From NCBI GenBank assembly GCA_964589945.1, contig CAZPVG010000005.1:15011-79010 (forward strand): a DNA stretch of 64,000 nucleotides, in the 5' to 3' direction. A program made the translations under genes and the position numbers. Origin of the DNA: an uncultured bacterium (GTDB lineage: Bacteria; Eisenbacteria; RBG-16-71-46). This document shows, one piece after another, positions 55,773 through 64,000 of the stretch; position 1 is the stretch's first letter, and every line of letters begins with the position of its first letter. Below the pieces are notes generated by a model. That model did not search any database. It was not told the DNA's origin and saw only the letters and a list, made by a program, of their open reading frames with translations.

Positions 55773-57071
55773 TCAGCCGCGCTTTTCGATCGGCACGAAG
55801 GCGCGCTGCGTCGCCCCGGTGTAGACCTGCCGCGGACGGCTGATCTTGAACTCGGGGTCGTGGCGCATCTCGAGCCACTGCGCGATCCAGCCGGGCATGC
55901 GGCCCATCGCGAACATCACGGTGAACATGTTCACCGGGATGCCCAGGGCCTGGTAGATCACGCCCGAGTAGAAGTCCACGTTCGGGTAGAGCTTGTGCGA
56001 CACGAAGTAGTCGTCCTTCAGGGCGATCTCCTCGAGCTTCATCGCGATCTCGAGCATGCGGCTCGACATTCCGACGCGCTCGAGAACCAGCCCGCAGTGC
56101 TTCTTCAGGATCGCGGCGCGCGGGTCGTAGTTCTTGTAGACGCGGTGGCCGAAGCCCATGAGACGCGTGGTGTCGTTCTTGTCCTTGGCCTTCGCGAGGA
56201 ACTTCTCGGCGCTGCCCTCCTCGGCCGCGATGCGCTCGAGCATCTCGACGACCTTCTGGTTCGCGCCGCCGTGGAGCGGCCCCCAGAGAGCGCTGATGCC
56301 GGCGGAGACGCTGGCGTACAGGTTCGCGTGCGAGCTGCCGACCATGCGCACGGTGCTGGTCGAGCAGTTCTGCTCGTGGTCCGCGTGCAGGATGAGCAGC
56401 AGGTCGAGCGTGCGGGCGAGAACGGGATCGGGCTCGTAGGGCTCGCACGGCGTCCCGAACATCATGTGCAGGAAGTTCGAGGCGTAGTCGAGGTTGTTCT
56501 TCGGGTACATCGACGGCTGGCCGATCGAGTGCTTGTACGCGTAGCCGGCGATGGTCGGGATCTTGGCGATCAGCCGGACGATGGAGTCGTTCACGCTCTC
56601 GTCCGTCTCGGGCGCCTGGTAGAAGGTCGTCAGCGCGGCGATCGAAGAGGCGCAGACCGCCATCGGGTGGGCGTCCTTCGGGAACGCCTCGAAGAAGCGC
56701 CGGAAGTTCTCGTGCAGGAGCGTGTGGTGCGTCACCGAGGAGCGGAATTCTTCGAGCTGCGTCTTCGTCGGCAGCTCGCCGTAGATCACCAGCCATGCGA
56801 CCTCGAGGAACGAGGCCTTTTCGGCGATCTCGTCGATCGGGTAACCCCGATAGCGCAGGATGCCCTTCTCGCCGTCGATGAAGGTGATGGTGCTGCGGCA
56901 CGAACCGGTGTTGCCGTAACCGGTGTCGAGCGTGATGAGCCCGGTCTGGGCGCGCAGCTTCTGGATGTCGATGGCGGTCTCGCCCTCGCTACCCCTCACC
57001 AGGGGCAGGGAAATGGACTTGCCGTCGTACGAGATCGTGGCCTCGTTGTGCGGCACGGTCTGGGTCGGCAT
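55773..57071 (-). CDS. gltA: Citrate synthase (type II)
   Basis: GILRYRGY, HADHEQNCST, GPLHGGAN, LMGFGHRVYKNYDPR, YPNVDFYSG. Confidence 0.96.
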   Translation of the reverse strand: MPTQTVPHNEATISYDGKSISLPLVRGSEGETAIDIQKLRAQTGLITLDTGYGNTGSCRSTITFIDGEKGILRYRGYPIDEIAEKASFLEVAWLVIYGELPTKTQLEEFRSSVTHHTLLHENFRRFFEAFPKDAHPMAVCASSIAALTTFYQAPETDESVNDSIVRLIAKIPTIAGYAYKHSIGQPSMYPKNNLDYASNFLHMMFGTPCEPYEPDPVLARTLDLLLILHADHEQNCSTSTVRMVGSSHANLYASVSAGISALWGPLHGGANQKVVEMLERIAAEEGSAEKFLAKAKDKNDTTRLMGFGHRVYKNYDPRAAILKKHCGLVLERVGMSSRMLEIAMKLEEIALKDDYFVSHKLYPNVDFYSGVIYQALGIPVNMFTVMFAMGRMPGWIAQWLEMRHDPEFKISRPRQVYTGATQRAFVPIEKRG

Positions 57072-57198
57072 TGGAACCCCTCCACTGGAGCGGACCACGA
57101 AGACAAAGAGCCGCCGGACGATCCTCCGCTCCCGGACCGTCGGGACTTCTGGTTTGTCGAGCTGCGGACCCCGCCGCTCCGGCGGCGGAACCTCTCGC

Positions 57199-57207
57199 AG
57201 TGTAGCA
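57199..57207 (-). promoter_or_regulatory. Extended -10 promoter of gltA
   Basis: TGCTACACT on the minus strand, about 127 nt upstream of the ATG. Confidence 0.55.
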
Positions 57208-57344
57208 GGGAAGCCGGGCGTCGGCCCGGGTATCCGCCGAGCACATCCTGAACCCGCCCCCGGTCGGACGCCCATGGTCCGATGGGCGTAGGCCGTGCGA
57301 CGGTCACCGACCGGTGTACGGACCGGGCCCGGGAGCGCGCACTG

Positions 57345-57929
57345 CTACCGCCTCGCGCCCGAAGGCGGCTTCGGTGCGGGTGGTGGCGGCTCCTCCGCGC
57401 GCTCGGCGGGGGACGCCGGTGCGTCACGCGGAGGCGGCGCCACCACGTACGCGCGCAGCCCCCGCTCGTGCACGAGCCGGCCGCCCGCGTCCGCCGCGTG
57501 CGCGACGAAGCCCGTCGCGGCAACGAACAGGGCGAGAAACACCGCGTGCGTCGTGATCCGCAGCCAGTCGGGCAGCGGCCGGCGGAGCCACATCGGAAGC
57601 AGCAGGAGCGCTGCGAACAGCACCGTGAGCACGCTGAAGACGTTCCGGACCGCGAGGCCGAGCGCCTCGTGGCGCAGGATCGCGAGTTCGAGCGTCCTCG
57701 TCTTGTCCACCAGTTGTCCGGCCGCATGGCCGCTGGCCACCGCGAACCAGGCCGCCAGCGCGCCCAGCGCCATGGTCACGAGCGCCGCGCCGGCCCAGGT
57801 CCGCCAGGCCCCGCGGACGAACAGGCTCACGAGAAGCAGCACGGGCGTCACGAGCAACAGCGCGACCGGGAACATCACCATGGCGGGATGGATGCCGTCC
57901 CAGCCGGGGAGGGCGGGATACCAGTTCAT
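57345..57929 (-). CDS. DUF2231-like membrane protein
   Basis: IHPAMVMFPVALL, AVASG..A, RHE, GGRLVH; four hydrophobic helices. Confidence 0.75.
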   Translation of the reverse strand: MNWYPALPGWDGIHPAMVMFPVALLLVTPVLLLVSLFVRGAWRTWAGAALVTMALGALAAWFAVASGHAAGQLVDKTRTLELAILRHEALGLAVRNVFSVLTVLFAALLLLPMWLRRPLPDWLRITTHAVFLALFVAATGFVAHAADAGGRLVHERGLRAYVVAPPPRDAPASPAERAEEPPPPAPKPPSGARR

Positions 57930-57955
57930 GGTTCACCTCGCTTTCGAACGGTCCC

Positions 57956-58660
57956 TCAGACCGGTTTCAGGAACCGCCCCGCGGGGGTGTAGCAGCCGGG
58001 GCAGTGTTTCGTCTCGAGCGTGTCCACGACCCGCCCGCAGAACGGGCAGACGTAGAGCGACGCATAGAGCGGGCGCTCCGGCAGCTTCACCAGGGCGTCC
58101 TGCAGCAGAGCCAGGTGGGTCCGCTCAGCCCCGAGTGCGAGCGTGATCGCGCGGACCGCCATGCCCTGCCCGTCGGCGCTCGCCCTCTCGAGCAGCGCCG
58201 GGTACCAGGAGTCGATCTCGTACTGCTCGAGGCTGATCGCCGCGCGCAGGTTCTGCTCCGTGGTGCCGACCTTGAGGCGCTCGAGCAGCGCCCGCGCCGG
58301 CTGGCCCGTGTAGGCGATCGCCTGCACGAAACGCCGGGCGTGGACGGATTCGGCCTTCGCGCAGGCCCGGAAGAGCCGCGCGACGCCGGGCTGGGTGTCG
58401 GCTTCCGCCTGTTTCGCGAACGCGTTGTACCGCTCCCGCGCGTTCATCTCGTTCGTGAAGGCCGCCTGCAGGTTCGCCGGGGTGTCGCGAATCTCCGAAG
58501 TCCCGGGCACCGAGGTCGTGTCCGGCTCCGGCGGGGCGGGGGCGGCCCGGGACGTGCGCCCGGCTGGCGCGGCGGCCAGCACCATCAGGCCGAGGGCCAC
58601 GAGAACCGCAATCGCGAGCATGCGCCGCGCCGACGTTCGACGATTCCGAACGTGTGACAT
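57956..58660 (-). CDS. Rubrerythrin-family protein with N-terminal signal-like sequence
   Basis: NLQAAFTNE, ESVH, EQYE, ERTH, rubredoxin-like CPFCG...CPGC; basic + hydrophobic N-terminus; SD AAGGAGG. Confidence 0.82.
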   Translation of the reverse strand: MSHVRNRRTSARRMLAIAVLVALGLMVLAAAPAGRTSRAAPAPPEPDTTSVPGTSEIRDTPANLQAAFTNEMNARERYNAFAKQAEADTQPGVARLFRACAKAESVHARRFVQAIAYTGQPARALLERLKVGTTEQNLRAAISLEQYEIDSWYPALLERASADGQGMAVRAITLALGAERTHLALLQDALVKLPERPLYASLYVCPFCGRVVDTLETKHCPGCYTPAGRFLKPV

Positions 58661-58914
58661 GGGGCTCGCCTCCTTTCCGCGTGAGGCGGAAAGGCGCGGG
58701 GCGCGCGGAGGCTTTCGGGCGACCGGGCGCCGCGTACCGCCTCACCGCCACGACGCTAGCACCCGTTCCGGCGGCCCGCGAGGAAAGCCGTCGCGCGTTC
58801 CCCCGCGCGAGCACGGCCGCGGGCGGCCGACCGGAGCCGGGTCGGGCACGATGCACTCCGGCGACGGGCACTCCGCGCTGGCCGCACGGCGCGAGCGCCC
58901 CTATTCTGCGCGGC

Positions 58915-60156
58915 ATGCTCAACTGGATCTGGGCCGCCTTCTTCTTCGTCGCCTTCGCGGCCGCGATCGCGCGCGTCTTCGTCACGCACGACCCGGAGGC
59001 GCTGCGCGCGGTCGTGGCTTCGCTCTTCGACTCGTCCAGGACGGGCTTCGAGATCGCCATCGGCCTGACCGGCGTGATGAGCCTGTGGCTCGGGCTCATG
59101 CGCATTGGCGAGCGGGGTGGCGTGGTGGAAGGCATCGCGCGCGCGGCGGGCCCGCTCTTCCGCCGGCTCTTCCCGGGCATCCCGGACCGCCACCCGGCCT
59201 CCGGCGCGATCGTGATGAACCTCTCGGCGAACGTGCTCGGGCTCGACAACGCGGCCACCCCGCTCGGCCTCAAGGCGATGCAGGAGCTGCAGACGCTGAA
59301 CCCGGAGCCGGACCGCGCGACGAACGACATGATCATGTTCATGGTGCTCAACGCGTCGTCCGTGACGCTGCTGCCCGTCACGATCTTCACGTTCCGCGCC
59401 CAGCTCGGCGCCGCCGACCCGACCGACGTGTTCGTGCCGATCCTGATCGCCACCTGGTGCAGCACGATGGCCGGGCTGCTCGCGACGGCCGCGATCCAGA
59501 AGGTCAGCCTGTGGAACCGGGTCGTGATGGGCTGGCTGGTCCTGCTCACGGCGGTGGTGGGCGGTCTCGTGGCCTACTTCTCGCAGCTGCCCGCCGATGC
59601 CGTGGGGCCGCAGTCGGCCCTGGTCGCGAACGCGCTCCTGATGTCGGTCATCGTGCTCTTCCTGGCCGCGGGGGCACGCCGGCGGATTCCGCTCTACGAG
59701 ACGTTCGTCGAGGGGGCGAAGGAGGGCTTCACCGTCGCGATCGGCATCGTCCCGTACCTCGTCGCCATTCTCGTCGCGATCGGTGTACTGAGGGCCAGCG
59801 GCGCGCTCGAGGCGATCCTCGGGGGAATCCGTCACGCGGCGGGCGCGCTGGCGCTCGACACGCGCTGGGTGGACGCCCTGCCCACGGCGCTCATCAAGCC
59901 GCTCTCGGGCAGCGGCGCCCGCGGGCTCATGGTCGAGGCCATGAAGACCTTCGGCCCGGACTCGTTCACGGGCCGGCTCGTCTGCGTGATCCAGGGCAGC
60001 ACCGAGACCACGTTCAACGTCCTCGCGGTCTACTTCGGCTCGGTCGGCGTCAAGCGCACCCGCCACGCGCTCGGCTGCGGGCTCGCCGCCGACCTTGCGG
60101 GCGTGATCGGCGCCATCGCGACCTGCTACCTGTTCTTCGGGCACACGGGGCGATGA
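58915..60156 (+). CDS. Fused SpmA/SpmB (nucleoside-recognition Gate domain) membrane protein
   Basis: MLNWIW, ANVLGLDNAATPLGLKAM, YETFVEGAKEGF, KPLSGSGA, GSTETTF.VLAVYFG. Confidence 0.88.
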   Translation: MLNWIWAAFFFVAFAAAIARVFVTHDPEALRAVVASLFDSSRTGFEIAIGLTGVMSLWLGLMRIGERGGVVEGIARAAGPLFRRLFPGIPDRHPASGAIVMNLSANVLGLDNAATPLGLKAMQELQTLNPEPDRATNDMIMFMVLNASSVTLLPVTIFTFRAQLGAADPTDVFVPILIATWCSTMAGLLATAAIQKVSLWNRVVMGWLVLLTAVVGGLVAYFSQLPADAVGPQSALVANALLMSVIVLFLAAGARRRIPLYETFVEGAKEGFTVAIGIVPYLVAILVAIGVLRASGALEAILGGIRHAAGALALDTRWVDALPTALIKPLSGSGARGLMVEAMKTFGPDSFTGRLVCVIQGSTETTFNVLAVYFGSVGVKRTRHALGCGLAADLAGVIGAIATCYLFFGHTGR

Positions 60157-60347
60157 CGGGCCTTCGGAGGGAGGCCGATGGCCGGCCGCGCCCGCGGGCC
60201 GAGGAGGAGGTCATCGCCACGGTGCGCGGGACCCTCCGCCGGGTCTTCGCGATCGCCCGCCGCCGGGGGACCGACCCCGAGGCCGCCCCCCGCGGGATCG
60301 CGCTCGAACGCCTGGAGCGCGCCGCCGCCCGCAGGGCGAAGGCCTAG
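60153..60347 (+). pseudogene. Possible remnant resembling the C-terminal helices of a Leu/Phe/Val dehydrogenase
   Basis: 64-aa ORF coupled to spmAB; VRGTLRRVFAIARRRGTDPEAA...ALERL. Confidence 0.3.
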
Positions 60348-62851
60348 GGCATCCGCACGAGCCGGGCCGTGCGCATCTCTCCGGCCGCGTTCAACCGCAC
60401 GAAGTACAGGCCGGCGGGGGCCACCCGGCCCGCCGCGTCCCGGCCGTCCCAGCGCAGCACGTGCGGGCCCGCCCCGAACGGACCGCGCGCGAGGGACCGC
60501 ACGAGCCGGCCCGAGACGTCGTACACCGCGAGCGAGGCCACTCCGGTGCCCGGGAGCGTGAAGCGCAGCGTCGCCGAACCGCGGGCCGGGTTCGGCCAGG
60601 GCGCGGCGAGCTCGAGCCCCGAACCCGGACCCGCGACCGGCGTGCCGTCCACGCCGACGTAGGACAGCGGCGCCAGCACGCTGAACGCCATCTTCGGCAG
60701 CGCCAGGGCCAGCGACTGCGTGAACCCGTCGTAGGGCGTCGCGTCGGTCGTGAGCAGGCCGGCGTTCACGGGGCCGGAGCCGCCGAACTTCGGGTCCTGG
60801 CTGTTCACGAGCTCGTTCCAGTTCCCGGCCTCGGGGACGCCGATCCGGTAGGAGGCGTAGTCCGCGTTCGAGAAGTTGGCCACCACGACCACGGGGTGTC
60901 CCGCGCCGTCGGTGCGGCGGAAGGCGATCACGTTGCCGCTCTCGTTCACGTGGAAGACGTGCGTCGCCGACGAGGCCCGGAGCGCGGAGAGCGAGGTGCG
61001 CAGGCCGATGAGCGTGCGGTAGTAGTCGAGCACGCCCGCGTAGGTCGTCTTCTTCGACCAGTCGATCCGGCCGCTGCCGTCGGGATTGAAGTCGATCGAC
61101 TCCAGCCACTCGTCGCCCATGAGCATCGCCGGGATGCCGGGGGAGGTCAGCACGAGGCCCTCGGCCAGCATGGTCCGGCCGCGCGCCCAGATGTCGTCGT
61201 AGGGGGCGGTGGTGTCGATGGTCTTCACCATCCGCTGCCCGCCGCTCGAGGGCCACGCCTCGTCGTGGAGCTGGACGTAGTTCAGCGCGTGCGTGCCGCT
61301 CAGCCACGTGCCGCCGCCGAGGATCGCGCTGCGGACCGAGCTCATGTCGGGATCGCCCGAGGCGGCGGCGAAGATCGCGTTGCGGACGTTGTCGCGGAAG
61401 AGCATCTGGTACTGCGCGTCGAACCCGGCACCGCCCGAGGAGATGGGCATCGTGATCCAGTCGTTGTCCGGCAGCTGCTCGGCGATCGTGATCTTGTCGG
61501 CCCAGCGGTTCGCCTTCTCGGCGTTCAGGCGCTGCATGAGCGCCCAGCCGCTCGCCGAGTGGACGCCCGGGTTCATGTAGCTGGTCGCGTCCATGCGGAA
61601 GCCGTCCACGTGGTACTCCTCGAACCACTCGAGCGCGCTGTCGGCGAAGTAGTCGTCCACGGCCGACCGCCCGAACGCGGCCTGCGAGCCCCACGGCGTC
61701 TGCACGTCGGGAGTCTCGAACCACTGCTGGGTCCCGTCGTAGTACCAGAGGAAGTTGTCCGTGAAGGAGAAGTGGTTCCAGACGATGTCGAGGATCACCG
61801 CAATGCCGTTCGCGTGCAGCGCGTCCACCATCGCCTTGAAATCGTCCGGCGAGCCGTACTTCCACTCGGGGCTCCACTGCGTGATCGGGTTGTACCCGGC
61901 GGAGAAGTCGCCCGGGAACTCCGTGATCGGGTTGAGCATCACGGCGGTCACGCCGAGGCTCTTGAGGTACGGAGCCCGGGTCGCGACGTCCACGAATCGC
62001 GACGGGTTGGGCGCGGCGCCGTAAGGGTCGTTCAGTCCCGCGAACGAGCCCACGTGGAGCTGGTAGACCACGAGGTCGTCGAAGGAGGGCGTGGCCCAGT
62101 CCGAGTCGGCCCACGAGTAGGTGAACGGGTCGCGGACGTACGAGTTGTAGTTGCCGGTCGCGTTCATCCCCCGCGAGCGGGGGTCGGGGGCGTAGCCGCT
62201 GTCGGCGGCGCGGGTCGGGAACCAGTACTTGTACTGCATGCCGTTCGTGACCGAAGGGACCTTTGCGATGAAGTACTCGCCCACCTTCGTGAGCGCTGTC
62301 GTCCCCCAGCCGTTGAAGTCCCCCCGCACGTAGGCGGCGGCCACCGTGGGCGCCCAGACCTTGAAGACGGCCGCGCCGCCGCTCACAAGCGTCGCCCCGA
62401 CGGGGGCGTGCCCGAGCGTCGTGAAGTCGAGGACGTAGCCGCCATCTGTCGGCGCCACATGGCTCAAGCCCGACACGCTCAGGTAGTCGGTGAGACCACC
62501 GTCGGTCAGCGCGATCCAGTAGCTCTCGCTCGTCTCGGCCGTCGCCGGCACCGTGGCGGCCCAGATGTCGTACGGCCCCCGCGTCGCGACCCGCGAGGCC
62601 GGCACGTCGGTGCTGGCCGCGCCGGCGACCACGTGGACCGACGCCGAGGTGAGGTCGTTCCGCCACGTCTGGAATCGGACCTGGAAGCTCTCGCCGTCCA
62701 CGGGACACAGGGGCCGGCGGTCCTGCCAGGTGACGTGCGAGACGCCGTCCCACTCGACGTTGCCGTCGGCGGAGGCGGCCCGGGCGGGCTCCGGAAGGTG
62801 CAGGGCCGCGAGGAGGGCCGCGGCCAGGAGGAAGCGCAGTCGTGGATGCAT
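60344..62851 (-). CDS. Secreted GH13 alpha-glucan-active enzyme (CBM48 + GH13) with FlgD/T9SS-like C-terminus
   Basis: Signal peptide; FKVWAP...VRGDFNGW; DIVWNH, DGFRMDA, IAEQ, QLHDE; C-terminal PWPNP...YDVSGRLVRSL...WDGRD...AGLYF. Confidence 0.87.
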   Translation of the reverse strand: MHPRLRFLLAAALLAALHLPEPARAASADGNVEWDGVSHVTWQDRRPLCPVDGESFQVRFQTWRNDLTSASVHVVAGAASTDVPASRVATRGPYDIWAATVPATAETSESYWIALTDGGLTDYLSVSGLSHVAPTDGGYVLDFTTLGHAPVGATLVSGGAAVFKVWAPTVAAAYVRGDFNGWGTTALTKVGEYFIAKVPSVTNGMQYKYWFPTRAADSGYAPDPRSRGMNATGNYNSYVRDPFTYSWADSDWATPSFDDLVVYQLHVGSFAGLNDPYGAAPNPSRFVDVATRAPYLKSLGVTAVMLNPITEFPGDFSAGYNPITQWSPEWKYGSPDDFKAMVDALHANGIAVILDIVWNHFSFTDNFLWYYDGTQQWFETPDVQTPWGSQAAFGRSAVDDYFADSALEWFEEYHVDGFRMDATSYMNPGVHSASGWALMQRLNAEKANRWADKITIAEQLPDNDWITMPISSGGAGFDAQYQMLFRDNVRNAIFAAASGDPDMSSVRSAILGGGTWLSGTHALNYVQLHDEAWPSSGGQRMVKTIDTTAPYDDIWARGRTMLAEGLVLTSPGIPAMLMGDEWLESIDFNPDGSGRIDWSKKTTYAGVLDYYRTLIGLRTSLSALRASSATHVFHVNESGNVIAFRRTDGAGHPVVVVANFSNADYASYRIGVPEAGNWNELVNSQDPKFGGSGPVNAGLLTTDATPYDGFTQSLALALPKMAFSVLAPLSYVGVDGTPVAGPGSGLELAAPWPNPARGSATLRFTLPGTGVASLAVYDVSGRLVRSLARGPFGAGPHVLRWDGRDAAGRVAPAGLYFVRLNAAGEMRTARLVRMP

Positions 62852-63023
62852 GTCGGGGTGACCTCGTGTCGCGGTTCAGGAGACATCATGATGCGGCACG
62901 GTCCCGGCGCGCGTCCAGCCGGCCGCCGGCCGTCGCGTGCCGCCGGGGCGCCGTTGCCCTACGCTGCGCGTCCGTCCCCGCACGCACGGGGGGGAGACCC
63001 TCCACGAGAAACGCGAGGCCCGT

Positions 63024-64000
63024 GTGCCACGAATCCCATCCGTCGCCGTCCCGCTGCTCGCGGGGCTGCTCGTGACCGCGCCCGCGGCCCGTGCCGCGGT
63101 CACCTTCATCGTCCGCGCGCCCGCCTCGACGCCGGAGGGCTCCATCCTCTGGATCTCCGGCGACCGGCCGGAGCTGGGTGCCTGGAACGGCGCCGGCCTG
63201 CGCCTCGCGCCGGGGCCCGGCGGCGCGTGGACCGGAACCGTCGCGCTGCCGCCCGGCACGGCGTTCGAGTTCAAGGTGACGCGCGGAGGCTGGGAGACCG
63301 TCGAGAAGGACGAGCGGGGCGGCGAGATCGCGAACCGCGCGGGCGCCACCGGCGCCCGTGACGACACGATCCGGGTGCGGGTGGGGGCCTGGCGCGACCA
63401 GACCGAGACGCCCGCTCCCCGCGAGCACACGATCACCGGCGAGGTCCGCGACCACCGGGGGTTCCCGTCGAAGTACGTCCGCGCGCGCGACGTGGTCGTC
63501 TGGCTGCCGCCGGGCTACGACGTCCAGAGGGACCGCCGCTATCCGGTGGTCTATTTCCACGACGGGCAGAACGTCTTCGACGGGGCGACCAGCTTCCTCC
63601 CCGGCCAGGAGTGGCGGGCCGACGAGGCCGCGGACCGGCTCATCCGCTCGCGCAAGCTCCCGCCCTTCCTCATGGTCGCGGTCTCGAACACGCCGGACCG
63701 CGCCGAGGACTACACGAGCGAGCCGAGCCCGCCGCACGGGGGCGGGCGCTCGGAGGACTACTTCCGGTTCCTGGTCGAGGAGCTGCAGCCGTTCGTGGAC
63801 GCGCACTACCGGACGCTGCCGGATCCCGGGAACACCGCGGTCATCGGCTCCTCCCTGGGCGGCCTCGCCGCGCTCGACCTCGGGCTCGCGCACCCGGAGC
63901 GCTTCGGCCTGGTCGGCTGCGTCTCGCCGGCCGTCTGGTGGGCCGACACGGCGATCGTCCGGCGCGTGCGGGCCGGCGGGAAGCGGCCCCTGCGGATCTG
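63024..64000 (+). CDS. Secreted CBM20 + alpha/beta-hydrolase (esterase), 3' partial
   Basis: Not in the ORF track because it has no stop in the window. Reads MPRIPSVAVPLLAGLLV..., ISGDRPELGAWN, FEFKVTRGGW, RYPVVYFHDGQNVF, IGSSLGG. Confidence 0.82.
   Translation, partial: MPRIPSVAVPLLAGLLVTAPAARAAVTFIVRAPASTPEGSILWISGDRPELGAWNGAGLRLAPGPGGAWTGTVALPPGTAFEFKVTRGGWETVEKDERGGEIANRAGATGARDDTIRVRVGAWRDQTETPAPREHTITGEVRDHRGFPSKYVRARDVVVWLPPGYDVQRDRRYPVVYFHDGQNVFDGATSFLPGQEWRADEAADRLIRSRKLPPFLMVAVSNTPDRAEDYTSEPSPPHGGGRSEDYFRFLVEELQPFVDAHYRTLPDPGNTAVIGSSLGGLAALDLGLAHPERFGLVGCVSPAVWWADTAIVRRVRAGGKRPLRI

Noticed and set aside
58915-60156. Sporulation inferred from the SpmAB and SpoIVB-like genes
   Set aside because: Both families occur in non-sporulating bacteria, and no other sporulation genes are in the window.

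Overview
High-GC bacterial chromosome window made of core and accessory metabolic genes. I saw no mobile elements, CRISPR arrays or rRNA. Secreted proteins with FlgD/T9SS-like C-terminal domains and ~60-aa W/D-R repeats suggest an FCB-associated lineage such as Ca. Eisenbacteria (inference only). In order: mutS (5' partial); a YkgJ-type Cys-cluster protein; a YitJ-type homocysteine methyltransferase/MTHFR; an operon of SpoIVB(S55)-like peptidase, beta-propeller protein, M28-like peptidase and DUF296; cyclophilin; pgeF; a long PpiD-like foldase; a degenerate-GGDEF protein; mutL-miaA-tRNA-Gly-der-plsY-gpsA-merR-tRNA-Pro-GT2-surE-pcm-tRNA-Pro-acyP-sigma70-apt; several exported proteins; glnS; a Rieske/cytochrome b/11-heme cytochrome c operon; a selenocysteine formate dehydrogenase with permuted domains; an ArcE-like ATPase-rocD-argF operon; a urate-to-glyoxylate operon; gltA; DUF2231 plus a signal-peptide-bearing rubrerythrin; spmAB; a secreted GH13; and a CBM20-esterase (3' partial). 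Most notable: (1) the UGA/SECIS FDH whose catalytic-site [4Fe-4S] domain sits on the downstream NuoEF fusion; (2) the candidate arginine-synthetase pathway; (3) a circularly permuted S55 peptidase with a propeller partner; (4) a possible pseudoknot switch in the gltA leader; (5) an apparently exported rubrerythrin. All calls come from reading motifs by eye; no database searches were run.
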